A stretch of DNA of 64,000 bases from Candidatus Omnitrophota bacterium (lineage in GTDB: Bacteria; Omnitrophota; Gorgyraeia; 2-01-FULL-45-10): assembly GCA_028715345.1 (NCBI GenBank), contig JAQUSB010000007.1:2287-66286 (forward strand), in the 5' to 3' direction. Both the position numbers and the translations under genes were made by a program. The notes beneath the pieces were generated by a model. That model was given only the letters and a program-made list of their open reading frames with translations, ran no database searches and was not told the origin of the DNA. Positions 14,303-23,746 of the stretch are shown piece after piece. How positions within the stretch are numbered: the stretch's first letter is position 1; every line of letters starts with the position of its first letter.

Positions 14303-15562
14303 TTACGTAAATCTCTTGGCGATGAGCGCCGCGTTATGGCCGCCGAAACCGAGCGCGTTGGACATTATCGCATCGATCTTCGCCTTGCGCGGCTTATTCG
14401 GTACGTAATCGAGGTCACATTCGGGATCCGGCGTTTCGTAATTTATCGTCGGAGGTATGATGCCTTCTTTTATGGCCATCGCGCAGGCTATCAGCTCGAC
14501 GCCGCCCGCGGCCCCTAACAGATGCCCGGTAACGGATTTCGTGGAGCTTATTGCGACTTTTCTGGCGTGTTCACCGAATACTTTTTTAATGGCGGCAGTC
14601 TCGATCTTATCGTTATAAATGGTGGATGTGCCGTGTGCGTTTATATAATTTATGTCCTGCGGCTTCAGCCCGGCGTCTTTCAGGGTCGCGGCCATGCACC
14701 TTACGCCGCCGTCCCCCGCCGGATCGGGCGCCGTCATGTGATACGCGTCGCCGCTCATCCCGTAACCCGCAAGTTCGCAATATATCCTGGCATTACGCTT
14801 CATAGCGCGCTCGGCTTCCTCTAATATGACAACGCCGGAACCTTCGCCCATTATAAACCCGTCTCTATTCTTATCGAAAGGCCTTGAGGCCTTTTCGGGG
14901 GTATCGTTGTAGCCGCACGATAAAGCTTTCAAAGCGCAGAATCCGCCGAATCCCATATGAGTGATGGCCGCTTCGGAACCGCCGCAGACCATTACCTCGG
15001 CCTCGCCTCTCTGGATTATTCTCATAGCGTCGCCTATAGCGTGGTTAGAGCTGGCGCATGCGGTGGCAACGGCCGAATTCGGCCCCTTGAGGCCAAGCGT
15101 AATAGACACCTGGCCCGAAGCCATGTTTACTATAAGCATCGGGATCAAAAATGGAGATATGCGGGACGGCCCTTTTTCGGGGCCAAGCGCGATATACTGC
15201 CTGTGTTCGGCTTCAACCGTATGGAGGCCCCCTATACCCGAACCGATGAAGACACCTATCTTATTTTTGTCTTCCTTATCAAGGTGGATGCCTGAATCGG
15301 CCATGGCCATTTTGGCCGCGCATACGGCAAATTGGACAAAGCGATCCATCCGCTTTATCTCTTTCGGGGAAAGATACGGGGACGGATCGAAATTCTTTAC
15401 TTCTGCCGCTATTTTCGCGGTAAAGTTGGTGGGATCGAAACAGGAGAGGCGCTTTACACCGCTTTTACCTTCCAGAAGAGATTTCCAAAATTCTTCTATA
15501 GTGCAGCCTACCGGAGTTATAGCGCCGAGACCCGTTACAACAACTCGTCTTCTATTTTGCAT
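14303..15562 (-). CDS. fabF: 3-oxoacyl-ACP synthase II
   Basis: VVVTGLGAITPVG, an active-site Cys region, and a C-terminal HxxGxxG pattern. Confidence 0.85.
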   Translation of the reverse strand: MQNRRRVVVTGLGAITPVGCTIEEFWKSLLEGKSGVKRLSCFDPTNFTAKIAAEVKNFDPSPYLSPKEIKRMDRFVQFAVCAAKMAMADSGIHLDKEDKNKIGVFIGSGIGGLHTVEAEHRQYIALGPEKGPSRISPFLIPMLIVNMASGQVSITLGLKGPNSAVATACASSNHAIGDAMRIIQRGEAEVMVCGGSEAAITHMGFGGFCALKALSCGYNDTPEKASRPFDKNRDGFIMGEGSGVVILEEAERAMKRNARIYCELAGYGMSGDAYHMTAPDPAGDGGVRCMAATLKDAGLKPQDINYINAHGTSTIYNDKIETAAIKKVFGEHARKVAISSTKSVTGHLLGAAGGVELIACAMAIKEGIIPPTINYETPDPECDLDYVPNKPRKAKIDAIMSNALGFGGHNAALIAKRFT

Positions 15563-15574
15563 TATTGTAGGGGA

Positions 15575-15814
15575 TTATTTCCCGGCTTTCTCTTCGATAT
15601 ACCTGAGAGCGTCTCCTACAGTAACGAGCTTCTCCGCTTCTTCATCGGGTATCTCTACGCCGAACTCTTCTTCGAGAGCCATTACAAGTTCGACCGTATC
15701 GAGAGAATCTGCTCCTAAATCGTCTACAAATTTGGCGCTATCGGTAACTTCTTCTTTCTTCACGCCAAGCTGGTCCGCTATGATCTGCTTTATTTTATCC
15801 TGAGAAACTTCCAT
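15575..15814 (-). CDS. acpP: acyl carrier protein
   Basis: 79 aa with [17 protein letters not shown] (phosphopantetheine-attachment Ser). Confidence 0.9.
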   Translation of the reverse strand: MEVSQDKIKQIIADQLGVKKEEVTDSAKFVDDLGADSLDTVELVMALEEEFGVEIPDEEAEKLVTVGDALRYIEEKAGK

Positions 15815-15838
15815 TTTCCCTCCTTGTTTTTACGATAC

Positions 15839-16579
15839 TTACATTACCATTCCGCCGTCCACTTGTACTACTTGTCCGGTTATATAGGACGAATTATCGC
15901 TTGCTAAGAATAACGCAAGATTTGCCACATCCTGAACCGTTCCGAATTTGGCGAGCGGAACGAACTTCAGCATCTCGCTTTTAACATTGTCGGGAAGCTT
16001 GGCGGTCATCTCAGTCTGTATGAAACCGGGCGCTATGGCGTTGGCCCTGACATTCCTTGACGCAAGCTCTTTTGCTACTGTTTTGGTCAATGCAATAAGC
16101 CCGCCCTTCGAAGCGGCGTAATTTGCCTGGCCGGCATTGCCCATTATACCTATTATGGAGGCCATATTCACTATCCTGCCGTCACGTTGCTTCATCATTA
16201 TCTTCGATACGGCCTTGGTGCAGTTGAAAGCACCCTTTAAATTAACGGCAATGACTGCATCCCAGTCGGATTCGGACATCCTTACCAGAAGCCCGTCCTT
16301 TGTGATGCCTGCATTGTTAACAAGTATATCTATTTTACCAAATTTGTCAAGGGTTTTTTGGACGAAAGACTCGACTTGATCGGACTTTGTAACGTCCACT
16401 ACGCCCGTTATGGCGCTCCGGCCCAGCGCCTCTATCTCTTTCTGTGTCGCGGCAAGGACTTCGGCGTTAACATCGGCCAAAGCGATATTCGCCCCCTCTT
16501 TCGCGAACTTAAGGGCTATCTCCCTGCCTATTCCCCTGGCACCGCCCGTAACTATCGCTATCTTATCCTTTAAAAGCAT
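15839..16579 (-). CDS. fabG: 3-oxoacyl-ACP reductase
   Basis: SDR fold with TGGARGIG and YAASKGG motifs. Confidence 0.85.
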   Translation of the reverse strand: MLLKDKIAIVTGGARGIGREIALKFAKEGANIALADVNAEVLAATQKEIEALGRSAITGVVDVTKSDQVESFVQKTLDKFGKIDILVNNAGITKDGLLVRMSESDWDAVIAVNLKGAFNCTKAVSKIMMKQRDGRIVNMASIIGIMGNAGQANYAASKGGLIALTKTVAKELASRNVRANAIAPGFIQTEMTAKLPDNVKSEMLKFVPLAKFGTVQDVANLALFLASDNSSYITGQVVQVDGGMVM

Positions 16580-16629
16580 ATGAGCCTTTCGTTAAGGTTT
16601 CAGATATTTTAACCGTAATAGGCGTATTG

Positions 16630-17955
16630 TCAAGAAATTTTTATACCTTTTGTATACGCCAATGTCATATCGGTTATTCTCACCGGCACTATATTGCCCA
16701 TCAATTCATCCGGCCCGTCGAATAAGATCCTTATATAGTTGTCTGAGTACCCGGTAAGAAGCCCCGTATGTTTATCCCTCTTGTTCTCGACGAGGATATC
16801 CAGCGCCCTGCGCTCGAATTTGGTCCGGTATGTGTAGGAAGACATGAGAGTGGCCGCCCTCAGGGTGCAATATCTTTTTTTCGCGACGGCTTCATCTACC
16901 TCGCCGCTCATCGTAGCGGCGGGAGTGCCTTCCCTTTTACTGTATGTGAATATATGCGTCCGCGCGGGTAAGATGCCTTTTACGAATTCAAGCGTATTGG
17001 TAAAATTAGACTCCGTCTCTGCCGGGAATCCGACCATGACATCCGTAGATATAGCCACGTCTCCCATGGCGGCTCTCGCCTTCTCTATTATAGCCCTGTA
17101 CTCCGCAGTGGTATACGGCCTGTTCATGCGCTTAAGTATCTCGTCATCGCCCGACTGGAGCGGTATGTGCAAGTGGCGGCATATCCTCTTCGATCCGGCC
17201 ACGAACTTTATCAACTCGTCGGTGACATATTTCGGCTCTATCGAACTCAAACGGACGCGGAAATTTCCGTCGATCCCTTCAATGGCTTTAAGGACATCCA
17301 TAAGGCTTAAATCTTTCAAGCCAACGCTTGCCGCCATTCCCGAAGGGACAAGGTCCCTGCCCCACGCGCCTAAGCATATGCCGGCCAGTATTATCTCTTT
17401 AAAACCGTTGGCAGTGAGCGCCTTCACCTCTTCCGTTATCTTATCCAGCGGCTTCGATCTTAAAACGTTCCTCACCAGGGGTACTTTGCAATATGAACAC
17501 CTGTTCTCGCACCCGTCCTGTATTTTTATGAACGCCTTTGTGCGCCCTTTGAACGCGGTGATAGTCAACTCGTCCTGCCGTTCACCGGCTTTCTTCTCTT
17601 CACCGTTCAATATCTTGTCTATGCGCGATTTCTCGCTGTTCTTCACCGTATAGGCTACGCCGGGAAGGAACGATATCTCGTCGGCATTCTTTTCGACAAG
17701 ACAGCCGGCCACGACGATCTTCGCGTTGGGATTCGACCTGTGGAACATACCCACCATATGGCGCGCCTCCCTGTCCGCATGCTGAGTGACAGTACAGGTA
17801 TTGATTATGTAAATATCGGCTATATCTTTGGCAAGGCATTCCTTAAAACCTGCTTTAAGCAATATCTCGCGCATCGCCTGCGTTTCGTACTGGTTCACTT
17901 TGCAGCCGAGCGTGTGGATATAGAATCTTTTTGAAATGCTAATTTGTGAATTCAT
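16630..17955 (-). CDS. MiaB/MtaB-family radical-SAM tRNA methylthiotransferase
   Basis: N-terminal MTTase domain, a CxxxCxxC radical-SAM cluster (CENRCSYC) and a C-terminal TRAM-like region. Confidence 0.75.
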   Translation of the reverse strand: MNSQISISKRFYIHTLGCKVNQYETQAMREILLKAGFKECLAKDIADIYIINTCTVTQHADREARHMVGMFHRSNPNAKIVVAGCLVEKNADEISFLPGVAYTVKNSEKSRIDKILNGEEKKAGERQDELTITAFKGRTKAFIKIQDGCENRCSYCKVPLVRNVLRSKPLDKITEEVKALTANGFKEIILAGICLGAWGRDLVPSGMAASVGLKDLSLMDVLKAIEGIDGNFRVRLSSIEPKYVTDELIKFVAGSKRICRHLHIPLQSGDDEILKRMNRPYTTAEYRAIIEKARAAMGDVAISTDVMVGFPAETESNFTNTLEFVKGILPARTHIFTYSKREGTPAATMSGEVDEAVAKKRYCTLRAATLMSSYTYRTKFERRALDILVENKRDKHTGLLTGYSDNYIRILFDGPDELMGNIVPVRITDMTLAYTKGIKIS

Positions 17956-18670
17956 AGTTTAAGATCGAAAGAAGGGCAAGCCCCGCCGTATCGCTTTTAA
18001 GGACCCTCGGGCCCAGGCTTATAGGTTTAAAACCGGACTCTTTGGCTATTTTCGCTTCATTCGGGGAAAAATCTCCTTCGGGCCCTATGGCGATAACGAC
18101 TTTCCCCGAACCGGACCCTTTTATGGCGTCCTTTACCGGGACAGCCTCTTCATTTAATATAGCGATAAGCTTGAGATCGAAATCCGCGAATCTTCCGATC
18201 GAATCCGCGAACGATTCTACCGGCAGGACTTCCGGGATATCCGCCCTGCCGCATTGTTTGGCGGCTTCTTTCGCTATCTTGCGCCACCTTTCCGACCGGG
18301 AAACCATTTTGGCCTCCGTCCAGTCGGGTATCGTCCTCTCGGTAATGACCGGATTTATAGAGCCGGCTCCCAGCTCCGTTGCCTTTTCTACTATGTAGTC
18401 CATCTTCTCTTTTTTCGGCAGGGCCTGGAGGAGCGCTATCCTGAAAGTCTCTTTTCCCTGCACGACACGGGTCGAGATTATTTCTACGGTAAGAGAGCCG
18501 CGGGATATATTTTTGATCACGCCCGTGTACTCTTTCCCCGTACCGTCGAAAGTAACCACTTTATCGGAAATACGCAGGCGCATTACATCTATGATATGAT
18601 GGGCCTCTACGCCGCCTATGGTTATGATATTTCCTTTAACGGCTTCTGCCGGCACGAAGAATCTGCTCAT
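17939..18670 (-). CDS. rsmE: 16S rRNA (uracil1498-N3)-methyltransferase
   Basis: RsmE/DUF558 family. MSRFFVP... N-terminus with a PUA-like domain. Confidence 0.8.
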   Translation of the reverse strand: MSRFFVPAEAVKGNIITIGGVEAHHIIDVMRLRISDKVVTFDGTGKEYTGVIKNISRGSLTVEIISTRVVQGKETFRIALLQALPKKEKMDYIVEKATELGAGSINPVITERTIPDWTEAKMVSRSERWRKIAKEAAKQCGRADIPEVLPVESFADSIGRFADFDLKLIAILNEEAVPVKDAIKGSGSGKVVIAIGPEGDFSPNEAKIAKESGFKPISLGPRVLKSDTAGLALLSILNYEFTN

Positions 18671-19602
18671 TATTTTCTTTTTACCGTCGCCGCAGCCTGG
18701 GCCGCAGGCTGAGACTGAGTTACGGGCTGGCTCTTCACGGAAAATTCTACGGCCGTTTCCTCGCCGGCAATTATCTTGACGCCCTTCTTGACCTGGATGG
18801 GCACGGACGAGAGTTCTATGTCATATTCTCCAGGGGCGATCTCGCCGGCTTTGTTCGAAACAGCGGAGGCTACCACAGAACCGGTCTTCGGGTCTTTTAC
18901 GCGCGCGCTAAGGCGTACCTCTTTGCCGCTCTCATCGAGCGTTTTTATAATAAGGGACCCGGACGCCACGCCAAGGTCTATAATAGTCTCTTTGCCTTTC
19001 TCTATCTTTACGCCATTTTTTATCTGATGCGGAAAAGTCTCGATGTTTATATTATAGACGCCGGACGCTATCTCGGCCGGGCGGTTGGTCATTATGGACG
19101 CGGCGATATAATTTGTCCTCGGGTACATTATCTTCACCGGCAGGAAGACCTCTTTCTTCTTTGAGTTCAGCGCTTTTACAGTGATCGAGCCGGTCACCGG
19201 ACCAAGGTCCTCTACGGTCTCCTTGCCTTCGTTCACTCTTATGTCTTTATATATTTTTGCGGGGGTAGTTTCGATCTCTATATCGTAAGTGCCGGGAAGT
19301 AATTCCTGCATACGTCCCGCCGTGAGAGCGGCGACGAATACGCTCGATCCTTTGCCGTCCGAGACAAAAGCCCTCATCTTCAAAAACTGCGGCCTATTAT
19401 TCGAGCCTTTTGCCTTTACGGTAAGGCCGCCCATGCCTTTAGAAAATGTTTTCTTCGCCGGAACCTTCGCTTTTTCGGACTTCACCGCGGCCGCCGGGGA
19501 TCTTTTAGCGCCCTTTTTCATAACGGCGCAACTGCGGACGAATACCAGTGCCAATACAGCCGCAACCGCTATTACAGCTACGATAATGATCTTATTCTTC
19601 AT
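18670..19602 (-). CDS. membrane-anchored hypothetical protein with three ~75-aa internal repeats
   Basis: N-terminal TM helix. Repeated motif of the form G(x)YDIE...(P/V)..I.K..(K/R)V..GKET..DLG, three times. Confidence 0.5.
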   Translation of the reverse strand: MKNKIIIVAVIAVAAVLALVFVRSCAVMKKGAKRSPAAAVKSEKAKVPAKKTFSKGMGGLTVKAKGSNNRPQFLKMRAFVSDGKGSSVFVAALTAGRMQELLPGTYDIEIETTPAKIYKDIRVNEGKETVEDLGPVTGSITVKALNSKKKEVFLPVKIMYPRTNYIAASIMTNRPAEIASGVYNINIETFPHQIKNGVKIEKGKETIIDLGVASGSLIIKTLDESGKEVRLSARVKDPKTGSVVASAVSNKAGEIAPGEYDIELSSVPIQVKKGVKIIAGEETAVEFSVKSQPVTQSQPAAQAAATVKRK

Positions 19603-21088
19603 ACCCTTTTCCTTTCTCTCCGAAAACTTCTGCGGAAAATGTGTATATCTCCGTTTTTGGATCTTTCCACGCCTGGGGCGGAAGGCCTGCCTTATGGGCG
19701 CAAAGATATGTAAGGAACTCGTCTCTATCCCACCCTGTCTCTGTCGCGACCTGCGGCAGGAAAACCCCGCTCCTGAAACCCGACTTTATCAGGACGCCGT
19801 CGCCCGGTATAGTGACTTCTTCATAACCCGAAACTCTTTTGAGCGGCGAAAGCACGGATATCTCTATGTCCACTTTGCCGATCTCATCGGCGGAGAGCTG
19901 CGAAAAACGGGGATCGCCGGTCGCGGATTCTATCGCCATATCGGCTACGGTCTTATAGAGCGGGCCGCGCCCTATCATATTCCCGATACAGCCTCTTAAC
20001 TCGCCATTCTCATGCAAAGTAACGAAAGCCCCCATATTTTGTTTCAACACGGGGTCATCCTCCGTGAAAGTCTTTCTCTTCCCGTCTTTAACGTAACTCG
20101 TAAGCGATTCCCTGGCGATCTGCAGAAGCCTCTGCCTCTGGGCTTTATTCAGCATCGCGCTCTTCTTTTCTTTTTTGACTACCTGGTCGGCTATTCCTGC
20201 GTCTTTTTTATATATCGCGGCGCTCAGATACCCGACGACCTGGCGTTTATCGCCGAACGTGTCCCCGGAATTCGCGTATTTTAATATCTTTATGCCGTCA
20301 TAGCCGGCTTTCTCCGCCGCGAGAAGCACCGCGGTGACCGGCATGACCCCGCAAAGTTCGCATGCACCGGTGGAAGCCCCGCTATACAGCTCTTTCGCTT
20401 TCATCTTTGTCAGGATATCGATAAGGCCTTTATCTATGGAATTTGCTTCTTTGTACGGATGGTAGTGAGAAAGATCTGTCGATGCTACGACAAGTACGTC
20501 ACGTCTGCCTTTCAGGACCGCGGCCAGCGCATCGGCCAATATTTCGGCGTCCTTATAGTCCTGCGTCCCGAATGCCACAGGGACGATCTTCGCGCCTTCC
20601 AGCGCTGCCTGGACGAACGGTATCTGCATCTCGACCGAATTTTCACCGTCGAACAGCTCCGGCTCGAAACGCAGCCGTTTGTTCTGCGACATAAGCTCCG
20701 CCGCCAACGCTTCGTCGATCCCGGCGTCTCCCAGAGGAGTCTGCCAGGCCCCTTTCGCGTACACCGATATCCCGTCGAAGTATTTCCTGTGGCTGAAGCC
20801 TATGACAATGACCGTTTTGATATTTTTATTCCGGGCCGCCTTGAACCCGTAAGCGGCAACCGGGCCGGAAAATTGGTATCCGGCGTGGGGAGAGATTATC
20901 GCGAAAAGCTGTCCGTCGATCTTTTCATCCTGCGCGTTGTCGAGGTAGGACTTGAGCAAAGCCGTAAGCTTGGCCTTGTCATCGGGATACCAGGTGCCCG
21001 CAAGATCCGATCTCTTTATGTCCATAGCAAATAAGGTTGTAGTGAAAAATAACGCCGCAAATAAAATCGTTAACGCAGATTGCTTCAT
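19592..21088 (-). CDS. MEMO1-like (AmmeMemoRadiSam system protein B) fused to an AMMECR1 domain (protein A)
   Basis: N-terminal half: SPHAGYQFSGP ... DLSHYH (Memo-like). C-terminal half: GAFVTLHENGELRGCIGN (AMMECR1). The track ORF starts at 21163, but its first 25 codons translate the tRNA-Ala gene (VAGSNPV is GTTCGAACC), so I place the start at the Met at 21088, which begins a signal peptide (MKQSALTILFAALFF). Confidence 0.7.
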   Translation of the reverse strand: MKQSALTILFAALFFTTTLFAMDIKRSDLAGTWYPDDKAKLTALLKSYLDNAQDEKIDGQLFAIISPHAGYQFSGPVAAYGFKAARNKNIKTVIVIGFSHRKYFDGISVYAKGAWQTPLGDAGIDEALAAELMSQNKRLRFEPELFDGENSVEMQIPFVQAALEGAKIVPVAFGTQDYKDAEILADALAAVLKGRRDVLVVASTDLSHYHPYKEANSIDKGLIDILTKMKAKELYSGASTGACELCGVMPVTAVLLAAEKAGYDGIKILKYANSGDTFGDKRQVVGYLSAAIYKKDAGIADQVVKKEKKSAMLNKAQRQRLLQIARESLTSYVKDGKRKTFTEDDPVLKQNMGAFVTLHENGELRGCIGNMIGRGPLYKTVADMAIESATGDPRFSQLSADEIGKVDIEISVLSPLKRVSGYEEVTIPGDGVLIKSGFRSGVFLPQVATETGWDRDEFLTYLCAHKAGLPPQAWKDPKTEIYTFSAEVFGEKGKGYEE

Positions 21089-21102
21089 AAAGTATCGTTT
21101 AG

Positions 21103-21178
21103 TGGTGGAGCAGACCGGGTTCGAACCGGCGACCCCCACGTTGCGAACGTGGTGCTCTCCCAACTGAGCTACTGCCCC
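21103..21178 (-). tRNA. tRNA-Ala (anticodon CGC)
   Basis: Hand-folded. Acceptor stem GGGGCAG/CTGCTCC with the G3:U70 alanine identity pair; GCTC/GAGC D-stem; anticodon loop TTCGCAA (anticodon CGC); T-loop TTCGAAC; encoded 3' CCA. 76 nt. Confidence 0.85.
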
Positions 21179-21516
21179 GTACTGCTATCGATCCATTTCA
21201 AATATTCTTCGCTTCCCGCTATTATAGGCACCGCTATTATCTCCGGAACAGCGTAACTATGCAAGCGTTTTACTTCTTTGGCGATCTTCCTGAAATTGCG
21301 GAGTTTTGTCTTAAAGATTACCAACACTTCGTTCGCTTTATTTATTTTCCCGTCCCACCAGAATTTAGAGCACAAGCCCGGGACAGAATTAGCGCAGGCG
21401 ACAAGCCGTTTTTTAAGAAGCGCGGACGCTATCCTGTCGGCCTCTTTAACGGACCGGCATGTGACAAGGATAATACAAAGATCATTGGCCATAGATTTTA
21501 AAGGTTTTAAGTTCAA
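21169..21516 (-). CDS. cutA: divalent-cation tolerance protein CutA
   Basis: 115 aa, CutA1 family. The last three codons overlap the tRNA 5' end. Confidence 0.7.
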   Translation of the reverse strand: MNLKPLKSMANDLCIILVTCRSVKEADRIASALLKKRLVACANSVPGLCSKFWWDGKINKANEVLVIFKTKLRNFRKIAKEVKRLHSYAVPEIIAVPIIAGSEEYLKWIDSSTGQ

Positions 21517-21563
21517 GGGCGGGATATCGTTTTTTAATAACGGCCTGCGAATCGCGTTCGGCC

Positions 21564-21836
21564 TTATGTCAGTTCGCCTATCATTCCGCTGACGGCGCCC
21601 TGGATAAGTTCCCAGTCTTCCTGGTTATGAATGGCAAATTTCTGCTTCCTCTTCCATCCGCCGTCTTCCTTCTTCTGCCACAGATACAAACAAACCTGTT
21701 TTCTTCCGTAACTTTCGAGCAAAACGACCGCGCTCCACCAGCCAAAGCGCTTATTTACCGTCTTCTGGGTCAATACTTTTAAAGGAGCTACTATAGGTAC
21801 AGGCTCGTCATCTCTGAGGATCTTTTTTTCTTCCAT
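21564..21836 (-). CDS. hypothetical protein
   Basis: 90-aa ORF with no recognisable motif. Confidence 0.4.
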   Translation of the reverse strand: MEEKKILRDDEPVPIVAPLKVLTQKTVNKRFGWWSAVVLLESYGRKQVCLYLWQKKEDGGWKRKQKFAIHNQEDWELIQGAVSGMIGELT

Positions 21837-21838
21837 AG

Positions 21839-22039
21839 CTACCTCCTTAAATAGACCAGGTAATCCGGGCCGGACTTATCCACTATGACATGGCCTTCCC
21901 TGGCAAGCCATCCTATGCTCATAAGGACTCTCTCTTTTTCCGTACCTATGCCTTTCGCTATCTGCGACAACGTGCTCTTACCGTTCTCATCGAGGTAATG
22001 CCATATATCTCCGGCAGTAATGCCTATTTCGGTGATCAT
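21839..22039 (-). CDS. small winged-helix-like hypothetical protein
   Basis: 66 aa: MITEIGITAGDIWHYLDENGKSTLSQIAKGIG... Confidence 0.4.
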   Translation of the reverse strand: MITEIGITAGDIWHYLDENGKSTLSQIAKGIGTEKERVLMSIGWLAREGHVIVDKSGPDYLVYLRR

Positions 22040-22290
22040 TTTATCTCCCCTCTCTTGTTATAGCTACCGCATAAAGGACAAACCGATATCTCATCGTGTT
22101 TAGAATCTATGTAAGGATGCGAGCAGACCGAGCATTTCCAGGTATAATCCATATTTTTACCTATCTGCCTTGGCGCTCTTTTATGGCCAAATAAGGCCCA
22201 TATGACCAAAATTATTACAGCAGAGAATAGCGTATAAAAAAATATTAAGGTAGATATATCCAATTTTATCATAATTATATTATTAGTCAA
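22036..22290 (-). CDS. small membrane protein with C-terminal CxxC...CxxC zinc-ribbon
   Basis: TM helix followed by CSVCSHPY...CPLCGSY. Confidence 0.45.
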   Translation of the reverse strand: MTNNIIMIKLDISTLIFFYTLFSAVIILVIWALFGHKRAPRQIGKNMDYTWKCSVCSHPYIDSKHDEISVCPLCGSYNKRGEIK

Positions 22291-22302
22291 GGGTTAGCGG
22301 CA

Positions 22303-22716
22303 TTATTCTTCATCATAAGACGGCTCCGTTTTATCGGCGCCCAGAGCATCTTCTATCAACATCACCATATTCTCGTCTCTTGAGCGATAAGCGCCGGTAT
22401 CCGTCTCGAAATCATCTGTAGCAGGGTTTGTTGTCTCGACCGGGTAATACGATGAACGGTCGAGCTCGAGATATCTCTTTTCCAAAAAAGATCCTTCTTT
22501 AGGCCTGGCCTGCAACCCCATGTCCCCCTTACCGAGCAGCGGCCCGAGGAACGATACCTTGGAAAATTTTACATGGCCGGCGCTATCGGGCCTGGAAACC
22601 ACCGTTATCGCGGACATCCAAAAAAGATGCCATAAAAAAGAGGCGAAAACGGCAAGCGCGAATATCCGCCAGCCCTCATCCCTGAATATTTTTATGAAAT
22701 TCTTTACCACTGTCAT
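22303..22716 (-). CDS. membrane-anchored hypothetical protein (possible TonB/TolA-like anchor partner of ExbBD)
   Basis: N-terminal TM helix and acidic C-terminus. Position is immediately downstream of exbD. Confidence 0.35.
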   Translation of the reverse strand: MTVVKNFIKIFRDEGWRIFALAVFASFLWHLFWMSAITVVSRPDSAGHVKFSKVSFLGPLLGKGDMGLQARPKEGSFLEKRYLELDRSSYYPVETTNPATDDFETDTGAYRSRDENMVMLIEDALGADKTEPSYDEE

Positions 22717-22721
22717 TATTT

Positions 22722-23114
22722 TTACCTATTCGTGGCTATGTTCGCCTGCGACACGCCTTCTTTTCTGCACATGTCCCATATCTCGACCACCTTGCCGAGC
22801 GAAGCGCGGCTGTCCGCCTTTATCAGGAGCGGCGTATTATTATTTGCCATAAGCCGCAGGTTGGAAAGAAGCTCATCGCGGGATATTTCGCGGTCGTTAA
22901 GGTATATGTTGTCCGTTTTGGTAACGATGATGACCGCGCTGTCCTGCTGGACGACTTCGCTTGTGACAGCCTTGGGCAGGTTGACATTTATACCGGGCTG
23001 AAATATGAAACTTGAAGTGAACGCAAAGAAGATGAACAGAAGAAAAAAGACGTTTACAAGCGGCGTCAATTCTATCATGGGCTGGTCTGTCTTCGAGCGC
23101 CTCTTAAACTTCAT
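22722..23114 (-). CDS. exbD: biopolymer transport protein ExbD/TolR
   Basis: 130 aa with one TM (LTPLVNVFFLLFIFFAF). ExbD family. Confidence 0.75.
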   Translation of the reverse strand: MKFKRRSKTDQPMIELTPLVNVFFLLFIFFAFTSSFIFQPGINVNLPKAVTSEVVQQDSAVIIVTKTDNIYLNDREISRDELLSNLRLMANNNTPLLIKADSRASLGKVVEIWDMCRKEGVSQANIATNR

Positions 23115-23736
23115 ACGTATCTCTCCTCGATGAGAGCAGATTCACCAGATCGGTGGCGCTCCTCTCCATGTCGTAAACGAGGGTATCCACCTGGCTGGTC
23201 AGGTAATTATAAGCGACGTACGTCGGTATGGCGACCGCAAGCCCCGCCACCGTCGCCAACAGCGCTTCCCAGATACCGCCGGCGAGGTCGCCCGGATTCA
23301 CAGGCACGAGGTTAAGCGCCTTGGTCTGGATGACCTGGAATGATTTTATCATTCCTGTGACAGTACCAAGGAGCCCGAGGAGCGGCGCTATATGCGCGAT
23401 CGTCGCGAGTATCGGCAGATGCTTCTCGAGCCTCGGTATCTCGAGCTGCGCCGCCTCTTCAACCGCTTCCCTTATTTCAGGCTTGGACCTGTCGTGCTTC
23501 AATATCCCGGCCTTCACTATATGCGCTATAGGCCCGGGCGTTTTATTGCACATCTCGATCGACTCTATTATCTTGTTGCGTTTCAGCACGCTGGTTATCT
23601 CGTCCATGAACTTATCCGCGTCTATCCTGGCCTTGTATAAATTATATATCCTGTCTATCACGACGCCGAACGCCAACACCGATGACAGTATTATAAGATA
23701 CATCATCGGTCCGCCTTTTTGCACCAGATCCCACAT
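23104..23736 (-). CDS. exbB: MotA/TolQ/ExbB proton channel
   Basis: Three TM helices and a conserved C-terminal region. Overlaps exbD by 11 nt. Confidence 0.75.
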   Translation of the reverse strand: MWDLVQKGGPMMYLIILSSVLAFGVVIDRIYNLYKARIDADKFMDEITSVLKRNKIIESIEMCNKTPGPIAHIVKAGILKHDRSKPEIREAVEEAAQLEIPRLEKHLPILATIAHIAPLLGLLGTVTGMIKSFQVIQTKALNLVPVNPGDLAGGIWEALLATVAGLAVAIPTYVAYNYLTSQVDTLVYDMERSATDLVNLLSSRRDTYEV

Positions 23737-23746
23737 ATGATCCCCC

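Noticed and set aside
21089-21163. N-terminal 25 codons of track ORF 19592..21163
   Set aside because: They are a translation of the tRNA-Ala gene. The real start is moved to 21088.
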